This document shows, one piece after another, positions 1 to 12,342 of a stretch of DNA of 32,112 nucleotides; positions within the stretch are counted from its first letter, which is position 1, and every line of letters starts with the position of its first letter. Under the pieces are notes generated by a model. It saw only the letters and a list, made by a program, of their open reading frames with translations, did no database searches and was not told where the DNA came from. The position numbers and the translations under genes are program-made. The stretch lies in sequence record SRR31156797_310; one strand, 5' to 3'.

Positions 1-128
1 ACCATTCCTACCGTTATTAAGCTTGCTCTGGACGCGTTGATGCAGCTCTGAGTCCTGCATCTTGAAGTCACTTAGGCATATAGTTGCATCCTACGTGATC
101 TAGTATACGCAAACAACCGCAAGATTGA

Positions 129-2228
<2,100 letters not shown>

Positions 2229-2251
2229 TTGGGTTGAAACCCTTCAGAACT

Positions 2252-2278
2252 AAAAAGGGCGCTGAAATAGCACCCTTT
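2252..2278 (-). terminator. Intrinsic terminator of purU, probably bidirectional with fadH
   Basis: Minus strand AAAGGGTGCT-ATTTC-AGCGCCCTTTTT, between convergent genes. Confidence 0.75.
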
Positions 2279-2298
2279 GTCTGTTTGGTCTGCAAGAT

Positions 2299-3132
2299 TT
2301 AAAGAATCACAGTCTTGTTGCCATAGACGAACACATGGTCGTTGATGACTTTATTTAATGCCTTACTTAACACATTTTTTTCAACATCACGGCCCGCTTG
2401 AGCCATGTCTTGTGCGCTAAAGGTATGGTCAACAGGAATGACATCCTGTTTGATGATTGGTCCTTCATCTAAGTCGTTGGTCACGAAGTGAGCTGTCGCA
2501 CCAATAATCTTCACCCCTCGCTCATAAGCTTGCTGATAAGGTTTTGCACCGATAAAAGCAGGTAGGAAGCTATGGTGAATATTAAGAATTTTATGGTGAT
2601 ACCTTTCAACGAAGCTCGGTGTTAATACTCGCATGTATTTGGCCAGTACGATGTAATCAGGTTGGTATTGCTCAATCACGTCGAGTAGCTGTTGCTCATG
2701 CTCCTGGCGGTTAAGCCCTTCGTGAGAGACATGATGATATGGAATATCGAATCTTTCCGTCAGCGTTTGTAATTTGTCATAGTTACCGGCTACGGCAGCA
2801 ATTTCTACATCTAAACTGCCATCATAGTTCTTCATCAGAATGTCGCCTAAGCAATGCGCTTCTTTGGTCACTAAAATGACAATGCGTTTACGTGATGAAC
2901 TTATCAATTTTCGCTTTGCGCCAGAAGGCAAAGCTTGGTCTAAATCGGCAAGCAAAGTTTGGTCGTTAAAGTAACCTTCCAGCTCAGTGCGCATGAAAAA
3001 GTGCCCGCTGGTGTTATCGACGAACTCATTGTTATGAATAATATTTAGTTGGTGTTTATAACAGATATTGGTGATTTTTGAGATGAGTCCTGGGGCATCG
3101 GTACAATGCGTGAGGAGTGTTTTTCTTTCCAT
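2299..3132 (-). CDS. purU: Formyltetrahydrofolate deformylase
   Basis: N-terminal ACT domain; formyltransferase motifs LAKYMRVL, NIHHSFLPAFIGAKPY, DLDEGPII. Likely start ATG 3132 (MERKTLL), 277 aa. Confidence 0.96.
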   Translation of the reverse strand: MERKTLLTHCTDAPGLISKITNICYKHQLNIIHNNEFVDNTSGHFFMRTELEGYFNDQTLLADLDQALPSGAKRKLISSSRKRIVILVTKEAHCLGDILMKNYDGSLDVEIAAVAGNYDKLQTLTERFDIPYHHVSHEGLNRQEHEQQLLDVIEQYQPDYIVLAKYMRVLTPSFVERYHHKILNIHHSFLPAFIGAKPYQQAYERGVKIIGATAHFVTNDLDEGPIIKQDVIPVDHTFSAQDMAQAGRDVEKNVLSKALNKVINDHVFVYGNKTVIL

Positions 3133-3335
3133 TAAATACGACTTCCGGGCGTGTGCTTGCAGTTTTCTAACAGTTTGGACCAGTCTGAACGGTGACGTAG
3201 CCCGCAATATGACCTATATACTTAATCTATTATTAATATGGTTTCAACAAGAATAATGGAGTTAAACAAGCTCCAACTGACCTCGGCTAAATAAATCGTC
3301 ACATTTTTAGGTTAAGAGTTTTATGGTGGTGTTTT

Positions 3336-3545
3336 ATGGATAAAGAGTTACTCGCACGTAAATTGTACGTTGAACGTGTCACAGCATTGTTAGGGGATAA
3401 CAGTATTGATGACGATATTCTTGAAGTGATGTGGGAGAGCAAAGCATCACCAGCCGAAGCGGCTAAAGCAATGATTCCTCAAACCGGTGACGTCTCTTCC
3501 GATGTCTCCTCTCCATGGTTAAGTCGCTACCTCAATAGAAAATAA
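3336..3545 (+). CDS. Small hypothetical protein (69 aa)
   Basis: ATG with GGTGGTG SD-like element, occupies an otherwise empty intergenic space, and is followed by a hairpin. Confidence 0.7.
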   Translation: MDKELLARKLYVERVTALLGDNSIDDDILEVMWESKASPAEAAKAMIPQTGDVSSDVSSPWLSRYLNRK

Positions 3546-3554
3546 ATGACCTAA

Positions 3555-3581
3555 AGAGGTGCGGATGCTCTCCGTACCTCT
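3555..3581. other. Stem-loop after the 69-aa ORF
   Basis: AGAGGTGCGGA-TGCTC-TCCGTACCTCT, an 11-bp stem with one G-U pair; no strong U-tract on +. Confidence 0.5.
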
Positions 3582-3606
3582 CAAATTCGCAGCTCAGTGA
3601 AAAACC

Positions 3607-3615
3607 TGCCATAAT
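3607..3615 (+). promoter_or_regulatory. Possible extended -10 promoter for yoaA-tsaB
   Basis: TG-C-CATAAT about 33 nt upstream of ATG 3648. Confidence 0.4.
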
Positions 3616-3647
3616 CCCCGCCAACCTATCCTAAATTGTTTATCTGG

Positions 3648-5603
3648 ATGATCGAAAAAACCTTCTCGCAAACAGGCGCGTTGGGTAAAGCTATTCCCGG
3701 CTTTCAACCTCGACAAGCTCAAATTGATATGGCGCAAGCTGTCGCTAAAGCGATTGCGAGTGAAAGTCAGCTAGTGGTCGAGGCAGGCACAGGCACCGGC
3801 AAAACTTTTGCGTACTTAGTTCCAGCTTTACTGAGTGGTAAGAAAACCATCATTAGTACTGGCTCGAAGAACTTACAAGAGCAGCTATTCCACCGTGATT
3901 TGCCACTAATGACCAGTGCGCTAGGTTTTCATGGCAATGTCGCTTTACTTAAAGGCCGTTCAAACTATTTGTGTTTAGACCGCTTAAGTCGGCAAATGGT
4001 GGAAAGTCACACCAATGATGCAGCCGATCCGCAGTTATTGACGCAATTAGTCAAAGTGCGTTCATGGTCGTCAGAGACCAAAACGGGCGATTTGGGTGAA
4101 TGTGATTCGTTGCCTGAAGACAGCATGATCATACCAACCATTACCTCCACCAATGACAACTGCATAGGTAAAGAGTGTCCCAGCTATACGGATTGTTTTG
4201 TCTCCAAGGCTCGGCGCCGTGCAATGGACGCCGATGTGGTGGTGGTTAACCATCACTTGTTTCTCGCGGATTTAGCAATCAAAGAGACGGGCTTCGGTGA
4301 GCTGATTCCTGAAGCGGATGTGTTTATTTTTGATGAAGCCCATCAGTTACCCGATATTGCCAGCCAATACTTTGGCCAGTCGGTGTCAAGCCGCCAAATT
4401 CAGGACTTAGCAAAAGACATTGAAATCGCCTATCGCACTGAAGCAAAAGATATGCGCCAGTTACAAAAAGTGGGTGAGAAACTCGTCCAGTCTTCAATGG
4501 ATCTGCGCATAGTGCTGGGTGATTCTGGTTATCGTGGTAACTGGCGTGAAGCGATGGCTTCACCTTCTATTTTACGAGAAGTAGAACGTGTCAAAGACAG
4601 CTTAGAATTTGCGATTGATGTGCTCAAAATCGCGTTGGGTCGCAGTCAATTGTTGGATACCGCATTTGAACGAGCGAACTTAATCAAAGGTCGAATTGAT
4701 CGTGTGTGTGATGTGTCGATTACCGGATATTCTTACTGGTTTGATACTACTCCTCGTCACTTCAGCCTGCATATAACGCCACTATCGGTTGCCGATAAGT
4801 TTCATGAACAGATTGAAATGAAGCAAGGTTCGTGGATCTTTACCTCTGCGACTTTGGCGGTAAACGATGATTTTGGTCACTTTACTCATCGCCTTGGCTT
4901 AAAACCGAGTGAGCAGTTTTCCTTACCAAGCCCCTTTGATTATGAAAGTCAGGCGCGTTTATGTGTACCGCGATACTTGCCAGAACCGAACAGCCCGGGC
5001 TTGGCCGATAAGTTAGTCCGTATGCTAGCACCAGTGATTGAACAAAATGACGGTCGATGTTTCTTTTTATGTACCTCTCACAGCATGATGAAAGAGCTGG
5101 GTGAAAAGTTTCGGGAAACGCTTAGCTTGCCCGTTCTTTTGCAAGGGGAAACCAGCAAACAAAAAACATTGGCTGAATTTATGGAGTTAGGCAATGCGCT
5201 GCTGGTTGCCACTGGAGCATTCTGGGAAGGGATAGATGTTAGAGGCGATACACTAAGCTGTGTTATCATCGACAAACTTCCGTTTACTGCTCCCGATGAT
5301 CCTCTGCTTAAAGCACGTATTGAAGATTGTCGTTTACGCGGTGGAGACCCATTTTCACAAGTGCAATTGCCAGATGCGGTGATCACTTTAAAACAGGGTG
5401 TAGGGCGACTTATCCGGGATAAGAAAGACAAAGGTGCACTGATTATCTGTGACAACCGATTGGTGACCCGTGATTATGGCGGTGTATTCCTCGGCAGTTT
5501 ACCACCTATTCCAAGAACTCGAGATTTGGGAATAGTGAAGAGCTTTCTTGCACAGTTAAGTCAACAGACCCTAGCAACACAAACAGAAATAGCAACAGAT
5601 TAG
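3648..5603 (+). CDS. yoaA: DinG/XPD-family Fe-S ATP-dependent DNA helicase YoaA
   Basis: Q motif (RQAQ), Walker [14 protein letters not shown] box, Fe-S cysteines, motif [10 protein letters not shown]; lies directly upstream of tsaB. Start set at ATG 3648. Confidence 0.92.
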   Translation: MIEKTFSQTGALGKAIPGFQPRQAQIDMAQAVAKAIASESQLVVEAGTGTGKTFAYLVPALLSGKKTIISTGSKNLQEQLFHRDLPLMTSALGFHGNVALLKGRSNYLCLDRLSRQMVESHTNDAADPQLLTQLVKVRSWSSETKTGDLGECDSLPEDSMIIPTITSTNDNCIGKECPSYTDCFVSKARRRAMDADVVVVNHHLFLADLAIKETGFGELIPEADVFIFDEAHQLPDIASQYFGQSVSSRQIQDLAKDIEIAYRTEAKDMRQLQKVGEKLVQSSMDLRIVLGDSGYRGNWREAMASPSILREVERVKDSLEFAIDVLKIALGRSQLLDTAFERANLIKGRIDRVCDVSITGYSYWFDTTPRHFSLHITPLSVADKFHEQIEMKQGSWIFTSATLAVNDDFGHFTHRLGLKPSEQFSLPSPFDYESQARLCVPRYLPEPNSPGLADKLVRMLAPVIEQNDGRCFFLCTSHSMMKELGEKFRETLSLPVLLQGETSKQKTLAEFMELGNALLVATGAFWEGIDVRGDTLSCVIIDKLPFTAPDDPLLKARIEDCRLRGGDPFSQVQLPDAVITLKQGVGRLIRDKKDKGALIICDNRLVTRDYGGVFLGSLPPIPRTRDLGIVKSFLAQLSQQTLATQTEIATD

Positions 5604-5611
5604 AGATTTCC

Positions 5612-6313
5612 ATGAGCGCAAAAATTCTTGCCTTAGATACAGCAACAGAGACCTGCTCAGTTGCACTGATGGTTGGTGACAACGTTTATTCACGCAGTGA
5701 GTTTGCACCAAGAGACCACACGAAAAAAATTCTACCTATGGTCGATGAAGTACTGAAAGAGGCAGGTTTAACACTGAACGATTTGGATGCGTTGGCATTT
5801 GGTCGTGGTCCAGGCAGTTTTACTGGCGTTCGAATTGGTATCGGAATTGCACAAGGTTTAGCGTTTGGTGCTGATTTACCGATGATCGGTATTTCAACAT
5901 TAAAAGCGATGGCACAAGGTGCATACCGTAAGTCAGGCGCGACCAGCGTTGCGACAGCTATCGATGCACGTATGAGCGAAGTTTACTGGGGACGTTTTGA
6001 GCGTCAACAAGATGGCGATTGGAACGAAGTCGATAGCGAATGCGTTATTCCTCCGGCGGTTTTAGCGGAACAAACCTCCTCGGATGACAAGGTTTGGGTT
6101 AAAGCAGGTACAGGTTGGGATGCGTATTCTGATGAACTGGCACCAATGCCACTGACTTTAAATTACGGTGAAGTGCTTTATCCTGAATCTGAAGATATTG
6201 TGTTTTTAGCGCAATATGAGTGGGAAAAAGGCAATACATTACCTGTTGAAGACGCTAGCCCAGTGTACTTACGTGATAAGGTCGCGTGGAAAAAACTACC
6301 GGGTCGCGAGTAA
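5612..6313 (+). CDS. tsaB: tRNA threonylcarbamoyladenosine biosynthesis protein TsaB
   Basis: ILALDTAT...[31 protein letters not shown] motifs. Confidence 0.96.
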   Translation: MSAKILALDTATETCSVALMVGDNVYSRSEFAPRDHTKKILPMVDEVLKEAGLTLNDLDALAFGRGPGSFTGVRIGIGIAQGLAFGADLPMIGISTLKAMAQGAYRKSGATSVATAIDARMSEVYWGRFERQQDGDWNEVDSECVIPPAVLAEQTSSDDKVWVKAGTGWDAYSDELAPMPLTLNYGEVLYPESEDIVFLAQYEWEKGNTLPVEDASPVYLRDKVAWKKLPGRE

Positions 6314-6324
6314 TTGAGAGCAGT

Positions 6325-6348
6325 TGAGTGAGGATTTATCCTCACTCA
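6325..6348. other. Perfect intergenic inverted repeat
   Basis: TGAGTGAGGA-TTTA-TCCTCACTCA, 10-bp arms, no U-tract. Confidence 0.7.
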
Positions 6349-6366
6349 CACCAAGATAGGAAGGGT

Positions 6367-6663
6367 ATGGTTTCAATTAATGGATTGCCGGGCAATGTCT
6401 CGAATACCAATCGGACATCGAAGGCTAAGAAAAACAACGGCGTTAAAAAAGGCCAAGAGGTTGCTGCTCGAGCGTCCAAAGTGGCAGAGGCGGTGTCGCA
6501 CTCAATACGTGCCGTTGATGAATCTGAAATCCATCGAGCTCAAGTCGAGTATGATCTGCCTGAAGGAAAGTCTCGCCAAGCCATGGAAGCCTATATGGAT
6601 GTGATGAACCGAGCCAAGAAAGAGGAACTTGCCCAGCTATTAGGGGTCGATATATACATCTAA
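6367..6663 (+). CDS. Hypothetical protein (98 aa)
   Basis: ATG after AGGAAGGG SD, embedded in the tsaB-slp run; low-complexity N-terminus, helical middle, ends LLGVDIYI. Confidence 0.75.
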   Translation: MVSINGLPGNVSNTNRTSKAKKNNGVKKGQEVAARASKVAEAVSHSIRAVDESEIHRAQVEYDLPEGKSRQAMEAYMDVMNRAKKEELAQLLGVDIYI

Positions 6664-6681
6664 CGTTCACCGAGAAAAATT

Positions 6682-7239
6682 ATGAGAAAAACATATTTGC
6701 GTCTTTTGCTAGCCTGCTCTTCGGTTTTATTGATTTCAGCTTGTTCTTCTCTTCCAGGCGAGCTTAACGCCAACTCAGAGACTGTCATAACCGATTATCA
6801 AACCTGGACAACTGCTTCAACTCCGCAGCAGGAGGTACGTCTTGGTGGTGTAATCGCGAAAGTCACCAACTTGAAAGATAAAACTCGTATTGAAGTCGTC
6901 AATGTACCGATTGATAGTGTGGGCCGCCCAAGTATGAAAGCTGAGCCGCAGGGACGTTTTGTTGGCTATGTTGATGAGTTTCTAGACCCTGTTACTTATG
7001 CGGAAGGTCGATTGATAACCTTGCTCGGCAATACCGCCTCACCTGAACAGGGAACCGTGGGTGATTTTGAACATAATTTTCCCGTTATGAAGGTCAAAGG
7101 TTACCACCTCTGGCGAGTAGAAGAACGGATTATTCTGCAGGATACGGGGCCTTTCCTTTACCCATGTCGTAGCTTCTATTGTCGTATGGACCGTGATGAT
7201 CTCTACCGTGAAGGCCGAGTTATTCAAGAAGTGAAGTAA
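6682..7239 (+). CDS. Slp-family outer-membrane lipoprotein
   Basis: Lipobox LISA-C21, VRLGGVI, GRF...FLDPVTY..GRLIT..G motifs; position equivalent to yeaY between tsaB and fadD. Confidence 0.88.
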   Translation: MRKTYLRLLLACSSVLLISACSSLPGELNANSETVITDYQTWTTASTPQQEVRLGGVIAKVTNLKDKTRIEVVNVPIDSVGRPSMKAEPQGRFVGYVDEFLDPVTYAEGRLITLLGNTASPEQGTVGDFEHNFPVMKVKGYHLWRVEERIILQDTGPFLYPCRSFYCRMDRDDLYREGRVIQEVK

Positions 7240-8096
7240 TGTTAAAACCCACTCAGTACACCATCGATGGTGGCTGTATCTCTGCGATTGAAATCGGAGA
7301 TGCCAAAACAGCTGACATATCGGTGGTGTTTATTCATGGCTGGTTAGACAACGCAGCCAGCTTTTTCACCGTCATGCAGGCCTTATCGGCTCTCTCTCCC
7401 AGGTTACACCTTTGCGCAATCGATTTACCTGGACATGGTTTATCACAGCATAAACATGGCAGCAATTTTTACCTTTTTCACGACTATATTGACGATGTTT
7501 GTCAGCTTTTGCTTAATTTTGCGGCAAACAAACAGTTAATTGTAGGGCATTCTCTTGGTGCTTTGATAGCAAGTTGCTATAGTGCCGCCTTTCCAGAAAA
7601 AGTAGATGGTTTAGTTCAGATCGAAGGATATGAACCTTTGGCTGAAAATGCAGCGAAATGTGTCGAAAGGTTGCGAAACGGTGTTGTTAGTCGGCAGCGA
7701 ATTCGTAACAAACCCGTACGTGGTTACGCCACATTCGAGCATGCCGTTGCACAACGCTGTCGAGTCAATCAACTTACTGCTGAACAGATAGCCCCCATAG
7801 TGTCACGAGGCATCGAAGAAGTGGATGGAAAGTGGCTGTGGCGCCATGACAAAAAGTTAAAGAGTGACTCCTTATACCGAATGTCTCCAGAACATACCGC
7901 TGAAATTATGGCGAGTATTGAATGCCCGCAGCGAGTTATTTTAGGTGAACAGGGTTACGCGAATTTGCTTAAAAATCGCAGTAACTCGGTAAAAAATAGA
8001 TTAGAAACGTTCACTATTTCTGGTGGTCATCACTGCCATTTACAGCACCCTGAGGTCGTCGCTGACCTAATTTATGGTGTAGTTAACAAAATTTAA
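7239..8096 (+). CDS. Alpha/beta-fold hydrolase (esterase/lipase-like)
   Basis: HGWLDN oxyanion region, DLPGHG, nucleophile elbow GHSLG, C-terminal GGHH. TAATG coupling to slp. Confidence 0.9.
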   Translation: MLKPTQYTIDGGCISAIEIGDAKTADISVVFIHGWLDNAASFFTVMQALSALSPRLHLCAIDLPGHGLSQHKHGSNFYLFHDYIDDVCQLLLNFAANKQLIVGHSLGALIASCYSAAFPEKVDGLVQIEGYEPLAENAAKCVERLRNGVVSRQRIRNKPVRGYATFEHAVAQRCRVNQLTAEQIAPIVSRGIEEVDGKWLWRHDKKLKSDSLYRMSPEHTAEIMASIECPQRVILGEQGYANLLKNRSNSVKNRLETFTISGGHHCHLQHPEVVADLIYGVVNKI

Positions 8097-8108
8097 ACAA
8101 CTGTTTGA
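8093..8108. promoter_or_regulatory. PsrA-type operator upstream of fadD
   Basis: TTAAAC-AACT-GTTTGA, overlapping the hydrolase stop codon, about 110 nt before fadD. Confidence 0.65.
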
Positions 8109-8216
8109 GTGTTACGTGCTCAAGCTGTACGGCTGTGCTGTAATAAGCGCCATAACAATAATGGCAACCTAGACTTATGTCGTTAAAAATGCCAGCCGAT
8201 AACGAGGAGTAAAACA

Positions 8217-9905
8217 GTGGATAAACCTTGGCTTTCACGTTACCCGAGTGACGTACCTGAAACCATCGATCCCGACCAATATCAATCTCTGGTTGAAATG
8301 TTTGAGCAATCTGTAAACAAGTTTGCTGACCAACCTGCGTTTACGAATATGGGTTCAGTAATGACCTTCCGCAAATTGGAAGAGCGTAGCCGTGCATTTG
8401 CAGCTTATCTGCAAAATGACCTTAAGCTGAAAAAAGGCGACCGTGTTGCCTTAATGATGCCTAACTTACTGCAATATCCAGTAGCACTGTTTGGTGTGCT
8501 ACGAGCAGGCTTGATCGCAGTCAACGTGAACCCGCTCTATACACCTCGCGAACTTGAACATCAGTTAAATGATGCGGACGCACGTGCCATCGTCATTGTT
8601 TCTAACTTTGCTAGTACGCTAGAAAAAATCGTTGATAACACCCAAGTAAAACACGTGGTGTTAACCAGCCTAGGACAAATGCTGCCACGAGCGAAAGGTA
8701 CGGTGGTCGACTTCGTTGTGAAATACGTAAAAGGCATGGTACCTAAGTACAACCTTCCTGGTGCTATCTCAATGCGTAAGGCCATTCGCAAAGGTCGCAG
8801 AGAGCAATACGTTAAGCCGTTTATGACAGGGGACGACATCGCGTTCCTGCAGTATACCGGAGGCACAACCGGGGTCGCGAAAGGCGCGATTCTTACTCAC
8901 CGAAATATGATAGCGAACGTATTACAGGCTAAAGGTGCGTATGGTCCTGTACTGCGTGAAGGCCGAGAGCTTGTTGTTACCGCTCTGCCGCTTTATCACG
9001 TTTTCGCCTTAACCGTTAACTGCTTACTGTTTGTCGAAATGGGTGGCAATAACTTACTCATTACCAACCCGCGTGATATTCCAGGCTTTATTAAAGAGTT
9101 ACAAAAGCATCCAGTCACTGCGATTACAGGGGTTAATACCTTGTTTAATGCTTTGGTGAACAATGAAGATTTCCATGAGCTAGATTTCAGTAGCCTAAAA
9201 CTGTCTGTGGGCGGTGGTATGGCGGTTCAGCGTGCTGTCGCCGACAAGTGGCAACAAACGACAGGTATTCACCTGTTGGAAGGTTACGGTCTTACTGAAT
9301 GTTCGCCCTTGGTTACCGGTAACCCGTATGATTTGACGGCATACACAGGTGCCATTGGCTTACCAGTTCCTTCTACTGAAGTACGAATTGTCGACGACGA
9401 AGGCAACGTATTAGCCAATGATCAGATTGGTGAACTTCAAGTGCGAGGCCCGCAGGTGATGCAAGGATATTGGCAGCGTCCTGAAGCGACGAAAGAAGTG
9501 CTTGATGAAGATGGCTGGTTATCAACTGGTGATATCGTTAAGTTTGATGATCAAAATCTGCTTCATATTGTCGATCGCAAAAAAGACATGATTTTGGTTT
9601 CGGGTTTTAACGTCTATCCGAATGAAATCGAAGATGTTGTGGCACTTCACGGTAAAGTACTGGAAGTCGCGGCTATAGGCCAAGCACACGAAATCTCGGG
9701 TGAAGTGGTTAAGATCTACGTTGTGAAACGTGACCCTAGTTTAACTAAGGACGATGTGATTGCACATTGTCGCGAATACTTAACGGGTTATAAAGTGCCT
9801 AAGCTGGTGGAGTTTAGAGATGAACTTCCAAAAACCAACGTGGGTAAAATTTTGCGTCGCGTACTTCGAGAAGAAAACGAAGCGGAATTGGCTAAAAGCG
9901 CATAG
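8217..9905 (+). CDS. fadD: Long-chain fatty acyl-CoA ligase
   Basis: AMP-binding motif [41 protein letters not shown] start after GAGGAG. Confidence 0.97.
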   Translation: MDKPWLSRYPSDVPETIDPDQYQSLVEMFEQSVNKFADQPAFTNMGSVMTFRKLEERSRAFAAYLQNDLKLKKGDRVALMMPNLLQYPVALFGVLRAGLIAVNVNPLYTPRELEHQLNDADARAIVIVSNFASTLEKIVDNTQVKHVVLTSLGQMLPRAKGTVVDFVVKYVKGMVPKYNLPGAISMRKAIRKGRREQYVKPFMTGDDIAFLQYTGGTTGVAKGAILTHRNMIANVLQAKGAYGPVLREGRELVVTALPLYHVFALTVNCLLFVEMGGNNLLITNPRDIPGFIKELQKHPVTAITGVNTLFNALVNNEDFHELDFSSLKLSVGGGMAVQRAVADKWQQTTGIHLLEGYGLTECSPLVTGNPYDLTAYTGAIGLPVPSTEVRIVDDEGNVLANDQIGELQVRGPQVMQGYWQRPEATKEVLDEDGWLSTGDIVKFDDQNLLHIVDRKKDMILVSGFNVYPNEIEDVVALHGKVLEVAAIGQAHEISGEVVKIYVVKRDPSLTKDDVIAHCREYLTGYKVPKLVEFRDELPKTNVGKILRRVLREENEAELAKSA

Positions 9906-9948
9906 CTAAAATCGCAGCGCAACAGACCCTGCAATGAATTAATGTTAC

Positions 9949-9976
9949 AATGCCGACCTAAACCGTCGGCATTTTT
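9949..9976 (+). terminator. Intrinsic terminator after fadD
   Basis: AATGCCGAC-CTAAACC-GTCGGCATT followed by TTTATTT. Confidence 0.75.
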
Positions 9977-10027
9977 ATTTCCACAGGACTATGCTGATAA
10001 GAGAATAAGATCCAAAGTAGGCTATTT

Positions 10028-11146
10028 GTGAACTACCAAATTATTACACAGCTTAATGACCTAGAACGAGTGTGTTTGTCTGCACGTGATGCAGACGTTG
10101 TTATGCTGGATACCGAATTCGTCCGTACCCGTACTTTTTTCCCTCAATTAGGGCTTATCCAGCTATTTGACGGTGAAACCCTATCTTTAATTGATCCATT
10201 AGCATTGGAAGAAATGACACCCTTCGTCGAACTTCTGCAAGACTCTTCGGTGATGAAAGTTTTGCATGCCTGCGGAGAAGATCTGGAAGTATTTCAGAAT
10301 GCTTTTGGCTGCGTACCATTTCCAATGGTAGATACCCAAGTTATGGCGGCATTTCTAGGTTACGGACTCTCAACCGGTTTTGCCTCGCTTGCGAAAGACT
10401 TACTTGAGATTGAGCTTGATAAAAGCGAATCGCGCACCGATTGGCTCGCTCGTCCACTGTCGCAGAAACAGCTTGATTATGCAGCAGCGGATGTATTCTA
10501 CCTGCTTCCAATGTATGAGCAGTTGCTAGAAAAAGTGACTCAAGCGGACTGGCTTGACGCAGCACTCCAAGAATCAGAACTGTTGGTTGAAAAGCGAATT
10601 AAGCCCAGTAACCCAGATAAGATGTATTTACAAATCAAAGGGGCTTGGCAGCTTCAACCAAGAGAGCTCGCTATTCTAAAACCTCTGGCAACGTGGCGTT
10701 ATCATGAAGCGATCAAGCGTGATTTAGCGTTGAACTTTATCATTAGAGAAAATGATTTGCTGACAATCTCACGCATGGCATTGCGCAGTCCTAAGCGGAT
10801 GATTGAAGAGGGCATTGATCCTCATGCTGTTCGCCGTCATAGCACTAAAATCATCCAAATGGTCAAAGCCGCGATGCAGACTCCTGAGGATCAGTATCCA
10901 GACAAGATCGTTCCTTTGATGGATTATCCTGGTTACAAACAGTTATTTAAGAAACTGAAAGATGAAGTGAAGGCGGTATCGCAAACGACGGGCTTAGCCA
11001 CGGAGTTTTTAGCGTCTAAGAAGCAGCTAAATCAGTTGCTGAGCTGGGTGTGGAATAAAGACAGAGATCCAGAGCATCTACCTGATGTTATGAGTGGCTG
11101 GCGTCAGTCAATATTAGGTGAGCGTTTAAATAAGTTGGTCAACTAA
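10028..11146 (+). CDS. rnd: Ribonuclease D
   Basis: DEDDy exonuclease motifs (LDTEF, HACGED, YAAADV) and an HRDC region; follows fadD. Confidence 0.95.
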   Translation: MNYQIITQLNDLERVCLSARDADVVMLDTEFVRTRTFFPQLGLIQLFDGETLSLIDPLALEEMTPFVELLQDSSVMKVLHACGEDLEVFQNAFGCVPFPMVDTQVMAAFLGYGLSTGFASLAKDLLEIELDKSESRTDWLARPLSQKQLDYAAADVFYLLPMYEQLLEKVTQADWLDAALQESELLVEKRIKPSNPDKMYLQIKGAWQLQPRELAILKPLATWRYHEAIKRDLALNFIIRENDLLTISRMALRSPKRMIEEGIDPHAVRRHSTKIIQMVKAAMQTPEDQYPDKIVPLMDYPGYKQLFKKLKDEVKAVSQTTGLATEFLASKKQLNQLLSWVWNKDRDPEHLPDVMSGWRQSILGERLNKLVN

Positions 11147-11190
11147 CCGCGACACTGAGTTTTCTCGCTAGTATCACACCACACGGAAGA

Positions 11191-11222
11191 AAATAAAAAT
11201 AGCCGACGAAATGTCGGCTATT
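11191..11222 (-). terminator. Intrinsic terminator of minCDE
   Basis: AATAGCCGAC-GAAAT-GTCGGCTATT with a T-rich tail on the minus strand. Confidence 0.8.
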
Positions 11223-11235
11223 GCGTTTGCTTGAT

Positions 11236-11499
11236 TTACTTTTCTTCGTCAGGAAGCTTAACGTTGAGCTCCAAGACTGAAATATCGTCGTCTTTATGTT
11301 CAAACGACAGATCAACCATTGATGGGTCAATCGCAACATACTTAGCAATGACCTTTAAAATGTCATCTTTAAGCTGCGGTAGATAATCAGGCGCAGGGTC
11401 GTCTTGACTGCGACGCTCAGCAACGATGATCTGCAATCGTTCCTTTGCCAAATTCGCGGATGTTTTTTTCTGTGGACGGAAAAATTCAAGTAAAGACAT
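11236..11499 (-). CDS. minE: Cell division topological specificity factor MinE
   Basis: [17 protein letters not shown] and LELNVKLP motifs. Confidence 0.97.
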   Translation of the reverse strand: MSLLEFFRPQKKTSANLAKERLQIIVAERRSQDDPAPDYLPQLKDDILKVIAKYVAIDPSMVDLSFEHKDDDISVLELNVKLPDEEK

Positions 11500-11508
11500 A
11501 GTATTCGT

Positions 11509-12321
11509 TTAGCCCCCAAACAGTCGCTTAAAGATGCCTTTTTTAGGCTCGGTTAGGAAACGGAACTCGATGTCTTGGCCCAGTAGACGTTCAACCGTGT
11601 CATCGTAAGCCTGACCTGCATCGGATTGCTCGTCAAAAATAACAGGAACGCCCTTGTTTGAAGCGTTTAACACCGCTTGGCTTTCAGGAATAACGCCCAA
11701 TAACGGCACGTGTAGAATCTCTTCAACATCCTGAACACTCAGCATATCACCTTGACTCACACGAGTAGGGTTGTAGCGGGTCAGAAGCAGGTGTTGTTTA
11801 ACGGGTGGAAGCCCTTGCTCTGCACGTAAAGATTTTGAATCCAAAATTCCTAAGATGCGGTCAGAGTCACGAACAGAAGAGACTTCAGGGTTGGTTGTGA
11901 CAATGGCTTCATCCGCATAGTAAAGCGCCATTAGAGCGCCTTGCTCGATACCTGCTGGTGAGTCACAGATAATAAAATCGAAGTTTAACTCTTTTAGTTC
12001 ACCGAAGACGCGTTGAACGCCATCTTTTGTGAGCGCGTCTTTATCACGTGTTTGAGAAGCGGGAAGAATGAACAAATTCTCGTTGCGTTTATCTTTGATG
12101 AGCGCTTGATTTAGCGTTGCTTCACCGTTAATCACATTTACGAAATCGTAAACAACGCGGCGTTCACAACCCATGATTAAATCAAGGTTACGTAAGCCGA
12201 TATCGAAATCGATAACAGCAGTCTTCTTACCTTTTAAAGCTAAGCCTGACGCAATAGCGGCGCTAGACGTGGTCTTACCCACACCGCCTTTACCTGACGT
12301 TACGACAATGATGCGTGTCAT
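11509..12321 (-). CDS. minD: Septum site-determining ATPase MinD
   Basis: Deviant Walker A SGKGGVGKTT, DFDIGLRNLD, C-terminal amphipathic KGIFKRLFGG. Confidence 0.98.
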   Translation of the reverse strand: MTRIIVVTSGKGGVGKTTSSAAIASGLALKGKKTAVIDFDIGLRNLDLIMGCERRVVYDFVNVINGEATLNQALIKDKRNENLFILPASQTRDKDALTKDGVQRVFGELKELNFDFIICDSPAGIEQGALMALYYADEAIVTTNPEVSSVRDSDRILGILDSKSLRAEQGLPPVKQHLLLTRYNPTRVSQGDMLSVQDVEEILHVPLLGVIPESQAVLNASNKGVPVIFDEQSDAGQAYDDTVERLLGQDIEFRFLTEPKKGIFKRLFGG

Positions 12322-12342
12322 TTTGTTATTTCCTTTAGAACT

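Noticed and set aside
1-110. Hairpin GATGCAG-N9-CTGCATC (39-61) and GGA motifs on the minus strand as a possible sRNA
   Set aside because: More simply the leader of a divergent gene starting just outside the window (AGGAATGGT at the edge). Too few repeats for a CsrB-like RNA, and it cannot be resolved here.
3546-3647. LexA box expected upstream of yoaA
   Set aside because: No CTGT-N8-ACAG is visible.
8195-8202. GCCGATAA, a perfect sigma28 -10 element upstream of fadD
   Set aside because: There is no TAAA at 15-bp spacing, and the implied TSS would fall at or after the SD.
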